Assembly (NCBI RefSeq): GCF_029589435.1
Contig: NZ_JARRAG010000001.1
Location: forward strand, 236,808 to 300,807
From: Paludisphaera mucosa
GTDB lineage: Bacteria; Planctomycetota; Planctomycetia; Isosphaerales; Isosphaeraceae
Reading direction: 5' to 3'
Length of the DNA stretch: 64,000 nucleotides
Shown: one piece after another, positions 9,498 to 17,700 of the stretch
Layout: the number at the start of each line of letters is the position of its first letter
Numbering within the stretch: the first letter of the stretch is position 1
Made by a program: the position numbers and the translations under genes
The notes under the pieces: model-generated
What the model saw: the letters and a program-made list of their open reading frames with translations, nothing else
Told to the model about the DNA's origin: nothing
The model's database searches: none

Positions 9498-9570
9498 GGC
9501 CGGCGGTGCGGCCGTCGCGATCGTCAGGATCGCGACGATCCGCAGGGGCCGCGCAGGGCCGGTGAGGTCT

Positions 9571-9603
9571 TGACGTCGGCCCTAAGCTTTGTAACATGGT
9601 ATT
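9571..9603 (+). promoter_or_regulatory. candidate sigma70-type promoter for rplM-rpsI (TTGACG-16 nt-TAACAT)
   Basis: Sequence is ttgacgtcggccctaagctttgtaacat, about 60 nt upstream of the rplM ATG. It is one of the few AT-richer patches in the intergenic region. Confidence 0.3.
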
Positions 9604-9661
9604 TTTCCCAAGGCTGCGCGATCCCGCGTTTCCGCGTTTTGCGACCCAGGCGTATCTTTCC

Positions 9662-10246
9662 ATGAAGTGTTTCCAAGCGAAGACCGGCGAGCTGTCGCGT
9701 CAGTGGTTCACGATCGACGCGGAAGGCCAGGTCGTCGGCCGACTCGCCGCCCAGATCGCACCGATCCTGATGGGCAAGCATCGCCCGACCTACACGGCCC
9801 ACATCGACACCGGCGATTACGTCATCGTCACGAACGTCGAGAAGGTCGTGTTCACGGGCAACAAGTGGCGCGAGAAGTCCTACCAGCGCTACACCGGCCA
9901 CCCCGGCGGCCAGCGTGAAGAGGCCGCCTGGAAGCTGCTCGAACGCCGTCCCGAGCGGATCCTCGAGCTGGCCATCCAGCGGATGATGCCCAAGAGCAAG
10001 CTGGGCCGTCAGATGATGGACAAGCTCAAGCTCTACGTCGGCCCGAACCACCCGCACCAGGCCCAGAACCCGGCCCCGCTCGAGGCCTACTCCGGCCGCC
10101 CCACCGCCGCCGGCGCCATCCTCGCGCCCCCGCCGGTCGAGAAGGCCCGCAAGAAGCCCGCCGACGACGGCGCCGAGCTCGCCCTCCCGGCCCCGCCGGT
10201 CGAGGCCGCCCTGCCCGCGCCCGAGGCCGCCGACTCGGCCGAGTGA
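9662..10246 (+). CDS. rplM: 50S ribosomal protein L13 with Pro/Ala-rich C-terminal extension
   Basis: Begins MKCFQAKTGELSRQWFTIDAEGQVVGRLAAQIAPILMGKHRPTYTAH, the canonical L13 start. The track ORF starts upstream at 9596; the first conserved ATG is 9662. Confidence 0.9.
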   Translation: MKCFQAKTGELSRQWFTIDAEGQVVGRLAAQIAPILMGKHRPTYTAHIDTGDYVIVTNVEKVVFTGNKWREKSYQRYTGHPGGQREEAAWKLLERRPERILELAIQRMMPKSKLGRQMMDKLKLYVGPNHPHQAQNPAPLEAYSGRPTAAGAILAPPPVEKARKKPADDGAELALPAPPVEAALPAPEAADSAE

Positions 10247-10314
10247 GCCCCCGCTGATACGGACGGACCCCGCGAGACGGATCCCCCCCCAAGCCCGAGG
10301 ACGAAGAGACCCCT

Positions 10315-10725
10315 ATGTCCGCGACCGCGACAGCACCGAAAACCTACACCTGGGGCACCGGCCGGCGCAAGACCGCGGTCGCCCGGGTCCGCATCGCCGA
10401 GGGTACCGGCCAGTTCATCGTCAACGGCCTCGACGCCCGCGAGTACTTCCCCCTGGAAGTCCAGCAGACCGACATCCGCGCCCCGCTCAAGGCCACCGAG
10501 ATGACCGAGCGGGTCGACGTGTGGGTCAACGTGGTCGGCAGCGGCAAGCCCAGCCAGTCGGGCGCCGTCGTCCAGGGCCTCGCCCGCGCGCTCAAGGAGT
10601 TCCGCCCCGACATCGACGAGGCCCTCCGCGCCGGCAACTTCCTCACCCGCGACGCCCGAATGGTCGAACGCAAGAAATACGGCCACAAGAAGGCCCGCAA
10701 GAGCTTCCAGTTCTCCAAGCGGTAA
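10315..10725 (+). CDS. rpsI: 30S ribosomal protein S9
   Basis: The C-terminus ...RMVERKKYGHKKARKSFQFSKR is the S9 signature. Confidence 0.95.
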   Translation: MSATATAPKTYTWGTGRRKTAVARVRIAEGTGQFIVNGLDAREYFPLEVQQTDIRAPLKATEMTERVDVWVNVVGSGKPSQSGAVVQGLARALKEFRPDIDEALRAGNFLTRDARMVERKKYGHKKARKSFQFSKR

Positions 10726-10762
10726 TCCGCCCTCGGACTGGATCCTCCACCCCGCGATTCAC

Positions 10763-10817
10763 GAAGGCCCGCCGTTCCCGCGTCGAAAGACCCTGGCGGC
10801 GGGCCTTCCGCTTTTCG
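10763..10817 (+). terminator. putative intrinsic terminator after rpsI
   Basis: A 12-bp stem GAAGGCCCGCCG...CGGCGGGCCTTC is followed by CGCTTTTCG. Confidence 0.45.
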
Positions 10818-10860
10818 AACGCCGGCCGACGATTCCCGCGTTCCCGGAGGATGGCATCCC

Positions 10861-11970
10861 ATGCTCGGTCTCGCGATGCTGCTGCGTGCGTTGATCCTGG
10901 CCAGCCTCGCTCTCGCCCCGGCCGAGGAACCCACATCCGAGCCGGCCCGGATCGAGACGATCGTCGGCACGGGCGAGGCAGGGTTCTCCGGCGACGGCGG
11001 GCCCGCGGCGCGGGCGCGGCTGAACCAGCCGTTCGACGTGGTCTACGACCGCGCGGGGAACCTCTATCTCTCGGACACGGGCAACCAGCGCATCCGTCGC
11101 GTGGACGCCTCGGGCGTCATCACGACGGTGGCCGGCAACGGCGGGAAAGGGTTCGCAGGCGACGGCGGGCCGGCGACCGCGGCGAAGCTCGACGAGCCCT
11201 ACGGGATGGCGATCGACGGCGACGGGAACCTGTATTTCGCCGACCGGCTCAACCGCCGGGTGCGTCGGGTCGACGGCCGTTCCGGGATCATCACGACGGT
11301 CGCCGGCGACGGCGGGAAGGCCACGTCCGGCGATGGCGGGCCGGGGCCGGACGCCGGGATCGTCGAGCCCAACGACGTCGCCCTCGACGGCCGCGGCCGG
11401 CTGTTCATCGCCGACGTCTCCGGCCACCGCGTCCGCGTGGTCGACCTCGCCACGGGGCGGATCGCCACCTTCGCCGGCGACGGCCGAGGCCGCCGCGCGG
11501 GAGACGGCGGGCCGGCCGCAACGGCCTCGTTCTTCGGCCCCCGGGCGGTCGAGGCGCTGGCGGACGGCTCGCTGTTGATCCTCGAACGCAACGGCCACGC
11601 GCTCCGCTCGGTCGCGGCCGACGGGACCGTCTCCACGATCGCGGGAGGCTCGAAGGGCTACCGGGGCGACGGCGGCCCGGCCCGCGACGCGGCCTTCGAC
11701 GGCCCCAAGGAACTCGACGCCGGCCCGAACGGCGACCTGCTGATCGTCGATACCGAGAACCACGCCATCCGTCGGATCGACGCGAAGACGCACGAGGTCT
11801 CCACCGTCGCCGGCCGGGGCGTCGCGGCGAAGGACGGCGACGGCGGCCCCGCCGCGGCCGCGGGCCTGGCGCGCCCGCACGGCGTCGCCTTCGGCCCCGA
11901 CGGCCGCTCGTTCGTCATCGGCGATACCGAGAACCACCGCATCCGCCGCGTCGTCCCGGTGGGCCGCTGA
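10861..11970 (+). CDS. secreted NHL-repeat (six-bladed beta-propeller) protein
   Basis: Has a signal peptide followed by repeated units of the form ...GDGGPA..A.L..P.GVA.D..GNLY.AD..N.R.RRVD. Confidence 0.8.
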   Translation: MLGLAMLLRALILASLALAPAEEPTSEPARIETIVGTGEAGFSGDGGPAARARLNQPFDVVYDRAGNLYLSDTGNQRIRRVDASGVITTVAGNGGKGFAGDGGPATAAKLDEPYGMAIDGDGNLYFADRLNRRVRRVDGRSGIITTVAGDGGKATSGDGGPGPDAGIVEPNDVALDGRGRLFIADVSGHRVRVVDLATGRIATFAGDGRGRRAGDGGPAATASFFGPRAVEALADGSLLILERNGHALRSVAADGTVSTIAGGSKGYRGDGGPARDAAFDGPKELDAGPNGDLLIVDTENHAIRRIDAKTHEVSTVAGRGVAAKDGDGGPAAAAGLARPHGVAFGPDGRSFVIGDTENHRIRRVVPVGR

Positions 11971-12260
11971 AACGGCCGGGATCGCCTCCTGCCCATCGGC
12001 TTCGCTTCGGGTTCATTCGTCCCAAAGACCAACGAAGCCATCGGCCGTAAGTCGATTCTCCACGGGGTTTTGAGGCGGAAAAACTGGCTTCTGCGATCGC
12101 GGTGCGCGTTGAAAAAACTCCCGGTCCTCGCCGAGGGCAGAGCGTCGTCCACCCCAAGGGGGCGCGACCGTCCCTTTATAAAGACCATGTCCACGATCGC
12201 CGAACGGGGACGGGCGTCTCGCGAAAAATCGCGGGACGGTCGGGGACTCCGTCGCGACGG

Positions 12261-13409
12261 TCAGATCCGCAGGTGCTGGGCGATGATGTTGCGCTGGATG
12301 TCGTTGGTGCCCGAGAAGAGGACGCCGCCGGTGCTGTCGCGGACGTCGCGTTCGAGGCCCTCCTCGACGGTGTAGCCCTGGGCGCCGAAGATCCGGACGG
12401 CGTCGAAGCTGTTCTGGGCGAAGCACTCGGAGACGTGGAGCTTGGCCATCGACGCGGCGATGGTCGCGTCCTTCCCCTGCTTCTTCAGCCAGGCGTAGCG
12501 GTAGACCATGAACCGGCTGGTCTCCAGCCGGGTCATCATGTCGACGATCCGGTTGGACACCGACTGGAATTTGCCGATCGACTGGCCGAACTGCTTGCGC
12601 TGGCGGGCCCGCAGGATGCAGCGGTCGAGCTGCCGCTGCATCGTGCCGACGACGCTGGCGAGGATCGCCCCGCGCTCCCATTCCAGGGCCTGGTTGAAGA
12701 TCCGCGACCCCCGGCCTTCGCGGCCCAGCAGGTTCTCGGCGGGCAGCTCGCAGCCCTCGAAGACCAGCTCGCCCATCGGGGCGGTGCGCATGCCGAGCTT
12801 GGGGATCTCGCGGACGACGTGGAAGCCGGGCGTGTCGCGGTCGATGAGGAACGCGGTGATGCCGAGCACCCCCTTGGTCGGGTCGGTGGTGGCGAAGATC
12901 AGGTAGACGTCGGCGACGGGGCCGCCGGTGATCCAGACCTTGCGGCCGTTGAGGACCCAGCGGTCGCCCTTGCGCTCGGCGCGGGTCTTCATGCTGAAGA
13001 TGTCCGAGCCGGCCTCGGGCTCGCTGGCGCCGTTGGCGCCGAAGGAGCGGCCGTCGCAGAGGCCGGGGAGGAACCGCTTCTTCTGGGCGTCGTCGCCGAA
13101 CACCAGGATCGGCATCGTGATCGTCCAGAGCGACGCGTTCAGCGCGAAGAGGAGGCCCGTGTCCGGGCAGGCGTAGCCGAGGCCCTCCATCGCGGCGACG
13201 GCCGTCTCGATCTCCTCGCCCTGGCCGCCGTATTCGCGGGGGACGGGGAGGCCGGCGGCGCCGAACTTCGCGCAGCGCTCGAAGCCCTCGCGCCAGAACT
13301 CGCCGCGCTGGTCGCGGCCGATGAAGTCGGGGTCGACGAGCTGCTCGCGCGCGAACGCCACGGCCGCGTCATACCACTTCCGCTGCTCCGCCGAGAATCC
13401 GAAGTCCAT
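12261..13409 (-). CDS. acyl-CoA dehydrogenase
   Basis: Begins MDFGFSAEQRKWYDA. ACAD N-, middle- and C-domain motifs are present (GANGASEPEAGSD, YRARQRKQFGQSIGKFQ). A perfect AAGGAGGT RBS sits 8 nt upstream of the ATG (reverse complement of 13407-13409). The upstream part of the track ORF is an artefactual extension. Confidence 0.9.
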   Translation of the reverse strand: MDFGFSAEQRKWYDAAVAFAREQLVDPDFIGRDQRGEFWREGFERCAKFGAAGLPVPREYGGQGEEIETAVAAMEGLGYACPDTGLLFALNASLWTITMPILVFGDDAQKKRFLPGLCDGRSFGANGASEPEAGSDIFSMKTRAERKGDRWVLNGRKVWITGGPVADVYLIFATTDPTKGVLGITAFLIDRDTPGFHVVREIPKLGMRTAPMGELVFEGCELPAENLLGREGRGSRIFNQALEWERGAILASVVGTMQRQLDRCILRARQRKQFGQSIGKFQSVSNRIVDMMTRLETSRFMVYRYAWLKKQGKDATIAASMAKLHVSECFAQNSFDAVRIFGAQGYTVEEGLERDVRDSTGGVLFSGTNDIQRNIIAQHLRI

Positions 13410-13480
13410 CGCACCGACCTCCTTGCCTTCCTTCGCGTCCATCGCGGCGCCGGAGCGACCTCGGTCCGGTCCGGGGCGGC

Positions 13481-14284
13481 TCAGGCGCAGACGACCTGGC
13501 GACTGCGTGTCGATTCCGGGGCCGTCTCCGTCGTCTGCATCGACTCGTCCGCCTCGGCGAACCTCGGCTCGACGTCCAGGCACCGTCGTTCCGTCGCGAT
13601 CCAGGCGGCCAGGAACCGCCCCAACTGCTCCAGGCAGCCCCCGCCCGCGAATTCCCGCAACTGCGCGGCGAGTTCGGGCAGCCACCCGGCCAGATGATGG
13701 CCGAAGAAGTGGCGTTGGGCAAGATCACAACTGCGGACCGCCTCCGGCGACGCCGCCCCCAGGCAGGCCATCCGCCGCTGGAACCGCGCCTGGGCGATCA
13801 GCCAGGCCATGAACTCCAGCTCGCGCGAGGCGTGGTCGGGACGCGTCGGCAGGTTCTCGTGCTCGGGACACGCGGCGTCTTCGTATTCCCGGTTCAGCTC
13901 CTCGACGGCCCGCTCGGGACGCCGCTTGAGCCACGCGGTCTTATGATCCATCTCCAGCGGCGAGTGGGAGTTCCGCCTCGCCCGGACGAAGAACCGGTCG
14001 CAGTCGGCCTTCAGGTGCCCGAGCGGCTGGCACAATTCGACGACCAGGGCCCGGAGGTCCAGGTCCGAACTCGTCGCATCGCCGTTTTCGAGGCCGACGT
14101 CCCGGCTCGCCGCGGCGGCGCGGAGGGCGTCGACCGTCGCGACGTCCCGCCTCTGCTCCTCGGGATCCGTCACCCGTCCCCACGTCCCGGCGTCGGGATT
14201 CGTGAGGATCGCCGCCAGGAACTCGTAAATGCGCTCGCGGCCGGCGTCGACGACGTCCGCTTCGGAAGTGCAATCATCGCACAT
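13481..14284 (-). CDS. TorD/DmsD-family-like chaperone (redox enzyme maturation protein-like)
   Basis: N-terminal RERIYEFLAAIL and the internal PDHASRELEFMAWL resemble the TorD family R..IY..L...F and pDHIG.ELEFM motifs. No cognate molybdoenzyme lies in the window. Confidence 0.55.
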   Translation of the reverse strand: MCDDCTSEADVVDAGRERIYEFLAAILTNPDAGTWGRVTDPEEQRRDVATVDALRAAAASRDVGLENGDATSSDLDLRALVVELCQPLGHLKADCDRFFVRARRNSHSPLEMDHKTAWLKRRPERAVEELNREYEDAACPEHENLPTRPDHASRELEFMAWLIAQARFQRRMACLGAASPEAVRSCDLAQRHFFGHHLAGWLPELAAQLREFAGGGCLEQLGRFLAAWIATERRCLDVEPRFAEADESMQTTETAPESTRSRQVVCA

Positions 14285-14375
14285 TCGGGGTGTCTCCTCA
14301 CTTGAGACGACACCGGCCCGGACAGGAATTGGGGGCGTCGGCGTGTCGGCTCGGCCGCTCGCGGCGGCCTTCTTT

Positions 14376-14400
14376 GTCTTTTCAGTATATTCTGTTCATA
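14376..14400. promoter_or_regulatory. candidate operator palindrome in divergent promoter region upstream of sufS
   Basis: Sequence tatattctgttcatacagaaacg contains the inverted repeat TTCTG-ttcata-CAGAA. It sits in an AT-rich island between divergent genes 13481..14284(-) and sufS. Confidence 0.25.
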
Positions 14401-14563
14401 CAGAAACGTAAAGAAGGGGCGAGATTCTTCGGAAGTTTTAAGGGGCCCGCCCCGGAGCGACGGCGGGTCCGATGCGTCGGCCCCCTGCGCGAACGCGGGG
14501 GGCGACGATAGAATGACGAGAGCGGCGAGAGGGACGGCAAGACGACGTTGAGAGGATGGGCGG

Positions 14564-15832
14564 ATGGCGGACGCGGTCGCGACGGGCCGGGATCTCGAAC
14601 TGGACGTGGAGCGGGTGCGGGCCGACTTCCCGCCGCTGGGCGAGGAGGTGCGCCCGGGGGTCCCGCTGCGGTACTTCGACTCGGCGGCGACCGCCCTGAA
14701 GCCCCGGTCGGTGATCGAGGCCGTCCGCGCGTGCATGGCCGAGTATCCGGCCAACGTCCATCGCGGCCTGCACGTCCTCAGCGAGCGGGCCACCGAGGCG
14801 TTCGAGAACGCCCGGATCAAGGTCGCGCGGCATCTGGGCGTCGACGACCCCGCACAGGTGATCTTCACCCGCGGGACGACCGAGGCGATCAACCTCGCCG
14901 CCCGATCGTGGGGCCGGCACGCGTTCCGGCCCGGCGACGCGATCGTCCTCAGCGAGCTGGAGCATCACGCGAACATCGTCCCCTGGCAGATGATCGCCCG
15001 CGAGACGGGCGCCGAGCTGCGCTACGTCGAGTTGACCGACGACCTGGAATACGACCTCGACTCGTTCGACCGCCTCTTCGACGACGGCCGGGTGCGGATG
15101 GTGGCGACGACGGGCATGTCGAACGTGACCGGGATCCGGCCGCCCGTCGAGGAGATCGCCCGCCGCGCCCGCGAGCGCGGCGCCCGGGTGCTGATCGACG
15201 CGGCGCAGAGCCTGGCGCACGAGCGTCTGGACGTCGTGGCGCTCGACGTCGACTTCGCGGCCTTCTCGGCCCACAAGGTCTTCGGGCCCACGGGCGTCGG
15301 CGTGCTCTACGGCAAGCGCGAGCACCTGGAGGCGATGGAGCCGGTCCTGGGCGGCGGCAACATGGTGCTCCGCGTCGAGCGCGAGACCGCCGTCTGGAAC
15401 GAGCTGCCCGACAAGTTCGAGGCCGGCACGCCGCCGATCGCCGAGGTCATCGGCCTGGGCGCGGCGATCGACTACCTGGAGGCGCTCGACGCCGAGGCCG
15501 TCGCCCGCCACGAACGGGCGCTGATCGACCACGCCCACGAGGTGCTGGGGGCGGTCGAGGGCCTGCGAATCCTGGGGCCGGCCGCGACGGCGGGGAAGGG
15601 ACCCATCGTGGGCTTCACGCTCGACGGGACGCACCCGCACGACCTCTCGCACCTGCTCGACCGCTCGGGGATCGCGATCCGGGCCGGCCACCACTGCGCC
15701 ATGCCGCTGCACACGCGGCTGGGGATTCCGGCCTCCGCGCGGGCGAGCTTCGCCCTGTACAATACGGCCGACGAGATCGACCAACTCGCCGCCGCGCTCG
15801 GGTCGATCAAGAGCCTGCTCCGACGTCGCTAG
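14564..15832 (+). CDS. sufS: cysteine desulfurase, SufS-type
   Basis: PLP-Lys motif SAHKVFGPTGVGVLYGK. The active-site Cys loop RAGHHCAMPL is the group II SufS/CsdA signature. Confidence 0.9.
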   Translation: MADAVATGRDLELDVERVRADFPPLGEEVRPGVPLRYFDSAATALKPRSVIEAVRACMAEYPANVHRGLHVLSERATEAFENARIKVARHLGVDDPAQVIFTRGTTEAINLAARSWGRHAFRPGDAIVLSELEHHANIVPWQMIARETGAELRYVELTDDLEYDLDSFDRLFDDGRVRMVATTGMSNVTGIRPPVEEIARRARERGARVLIDAAQSLAHERLDVVALDVDFAAFSAHKVFGPTGVGVLYGKREHLEAMEPVLGGGNMVLRVERETAVWNELPDKFEAGTPPIAEVIGLGAAIDYLEALDAEAVARHERALIDHAHEVLGAVEGLRILGPAATAGKGPIVGFTLDGTHPHDLSHLLDRSGIAIRAGHHCAMPLHTRLGIPASARASFALYNTADEIDQLAAALGSIKSLLRRR

Positions 15833-15872
15833 GCCGAGGCCGGCCGGCCCTCGCGCCGTCAAGGAACCCCCG

Positions 15873-16259
15873 ATGGACGACCCGCTGTACCGCGAAGAGA
15901 TCCTCGACCACTATTACTCCTCCCCCTACCGGGGCCGGATGGAGCGCCCCGACTGCGTCTGCGACCTGGACAACCCATTCTGCGGCGACCAGATCCACGT
16001 CGAGCTGACCGTGGGCGACGACGACCGCATCAAAGAGGTCCGGTTCGACGGCAAGGGGTGCGTCATCAGCCAGGCGGCGACGTCCTTGCTCGCCGAGCAC
16101 CTGGAAGGGGCCAGCGTCGACGACGCCCGCAAGCTCGGCCCGGCCGACGTCGTCAAGCTCCTGGGCATGCCCCTCACCCCCACCCGCATGAAATGCGGCC
16201 TCCTGGGCTGGAAGGCCATCCAGCAGGCCCTCCAGCAGCGCGCCGCGGCCACGGCCTGA
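15873..16259 (+). CDS. sufU: NifU/SufU-family Fe-S cluster assembly scaffold
   Basis: Contains YRGRMERPDCVCDLDNPFCGDQIHVEL and C-terminal TRMKCGLLGWKA conserved Cys motifs. Confidence 0.9.
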   Translation: MDDPLYREEILDHYYSSPYRGRMERPDCVCDLDNPFCGDQIHVELTVGDDDRIKEVRFDGKGCVISQAATSLLAEHLEGASVDDARKLGPADVVKLLGMPLTPTRMKCGLLGWKAIQQALQQRAAATA

Positions 16260-16324
16260 CCCGCCGTCCACCTTTCGGGACGATTCCCACCCCTGGGCAA
16301 CCGCCTGCGCCGCCGTGCGCGCCG

Positions 16325-16385
16325 ACCGGCCTTCCCCCCTCGCGGGGGAAGGTGGCCCGAAGGGCCGGATGAAGGGGAGACGAGC
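16325..16385. repeat. REP-like double-hairpin repeat unit (copy 1)
   Basis: Sequence ccttcccccctcgcgggggaagg followed by tggcccgaagggccggatgaaggggag. The same architecture recurs at 42915 and, inverted, at 43035. Confidence 0.5.
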
Positions 16386-16485
16386 ACGAAAGCCGTCGCC
16401 TCTTCGTGTTGTGGAATCGCGATTTCCGATGGGGCCTGGCGCGTCCTCCCCATCATCCGACCCCTCCGGGGTCTGCCTTCCCCTG

Positions 16486-16530
16486 CGAGTGGGGAAGGCG
16501 TCGGGACGGCCAACCGTCCACTTCCGGACG
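16486..16530. repeat. REP-like hairpin repeat unit (copy 2, diverged tail)
   Basis: Sequence is ccttcccctgcgagtggggaaggcgtcgggacggccaaccgtcc. Confidence 0.4.
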
Positions 16531-16766
16531 CTATCGCGTCCCGATTCGGGGTCATTCCCCGGAACCGGGGTCGAATGGCACGTCGATTGCGATTTCCTTC
16601 TCCCGACCGCCAGGGCCGATCGGACGTGTGAAGCCCGGTCGGACTCCTGGCCGGATCGAGCCCGGGTCGCTTCGCGATCGGGGCTTGTGACGTCGGAGAT
16701 CACAAAGGCATTCGGATCGACCTCGTCGTGGTCGGCCCGGCACTCCAAACCAAAGGGGAATGAACC

Positions 16767-17252
16767 ATGGCCGCCAACCTCCAGAACCTCCAGGGTCAGT
16801 GGAACCAGCTCAAGGGCGACGTCAAGAAGAAGTGGGCCCAGCTCACCGACGACGACCTGCGCTGGACGAACGGCAACGTCGACCAGCTCATCGGCCGCAT
16901 CCAGGAGCGGACCGGCGAGAAGCGCGAGCAGATCGAGAAGTACTTCGACACGCTCATGAGCGAAGGCTCCTCGATGCTCTCGAACGCCGTCGAGAACGTC
17001 GGCCAGGCCGCCAGCCAGGCCACGAACCGCCTCCGCGAGGGCTACTCCAAGCTGAGCGACCAGGCCGGCGAGCAGCTCGGCCACGCCCGCGAGCTGGTGG
17101 GCGAGCAGTACGGCCAGGCCCGCGAGCTGGTCATCCGCAACCCCGTCCAGTGGGTCGCCGCCGCGTTCGGCGTCGGCTTCCTGGCCGGCATCATCGCGGG
17201 CTACACCAGCAGCGCCGTCTCGCACCAGCAGCAGTCGCGCCGCTTCTTCTGA
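16767..17252 (+). CDS. CsbD-like / DUF883 (ElaB/YqjD-like) stress protein with C-terminal membrane anchor
   Basis: The N-terminal NLQGQWNQLKGDVKKKWAQLTDDDL...IGRIQERTGEKREQIEKYF resembles CsbD. The C-terminal NPVQWVAAAFGVGFLAGIIAG is the DUF883 TM tail. Confidence 0.75.
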   Translation: MAANLQNLQGQWNQLKGDVKKKWAQLTDDDLRWTNGNVDQLIGRIQERTGEKREQIEKYFDTLMSEGSSMLSNAVENVGQAASQATNRLREGYSKLSDQAGEQLGHARELVGEQYGQARELVIRNPVQWVAAAFGVGFLAGIIAGYTSSAVSHQQQSRRFF

Positions 17253-17347
17253 TCGGGTTCCACGATGGGCCGCCGGCCCGGGCGTGAGACCACCCCGGGG
17301 CGGCGGAACTCGACTTTCTCTCCCATGAACATGAACGGAGGCCGCAG

Positions 17348-17524
17348 ATGCTACGCCTGGCAGTCCTGTTCGCGATCATCTCCTTGCTGGCCGCGGCCTT
17401 CGGTTTCTACGGCGTGAGCGACGCCTCCGCCGGGATCGCCAAGGTCCTCGCCGTGGTCTTCGCCGTGATGTTCCTCGCCGTGATGATCATGGGCCTGACG
17501 GTCGCCAAGAAGACGACGGCCTAG
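17348..17524 (+). CDS. DUF1328 (UPF0391) small membrane protein, 58 aa
   Basis: Product is MLRLAVLFAIISLLAAAFGFYGVSDASAGIAKVLAVVFAVMFLAVMIMGLTVAKKTTA. It is too short for the ORF track. Confidence 0.7.
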   Translation: MLRLAVLFAIISLLAAAFGFYGVSDASAGIAKVLAVVFAVMFLAVMIMGLTVAKKTTA

Positions 17525-17562
17525 CCGACGGCTTCGAGCCTCGTCGGACGCAAATCGACAGC

Positions 17563-17600
17563 CGACCTCCGGGTCGGCTGTCTGCGTTTCGAACGCGAGC
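17563..17600 (+). terminator. putative intrinsic terminator after DUF1328 gene
   Basis: Stem GACAGCCGACC-tcc-GGGTCGGCTGTC is followed by tgcgtttcg. Confidence 0.45.
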
Positions 17601-17700
17601 GGATCGCGCATGTCGGAAAATTCCCCGAAAGCCGGGAACCCCAGGTCGCCCTCTCGGCTTTACTACATGGAGGAGCAGCCCGAAGCCCCGAGGACGGCCC

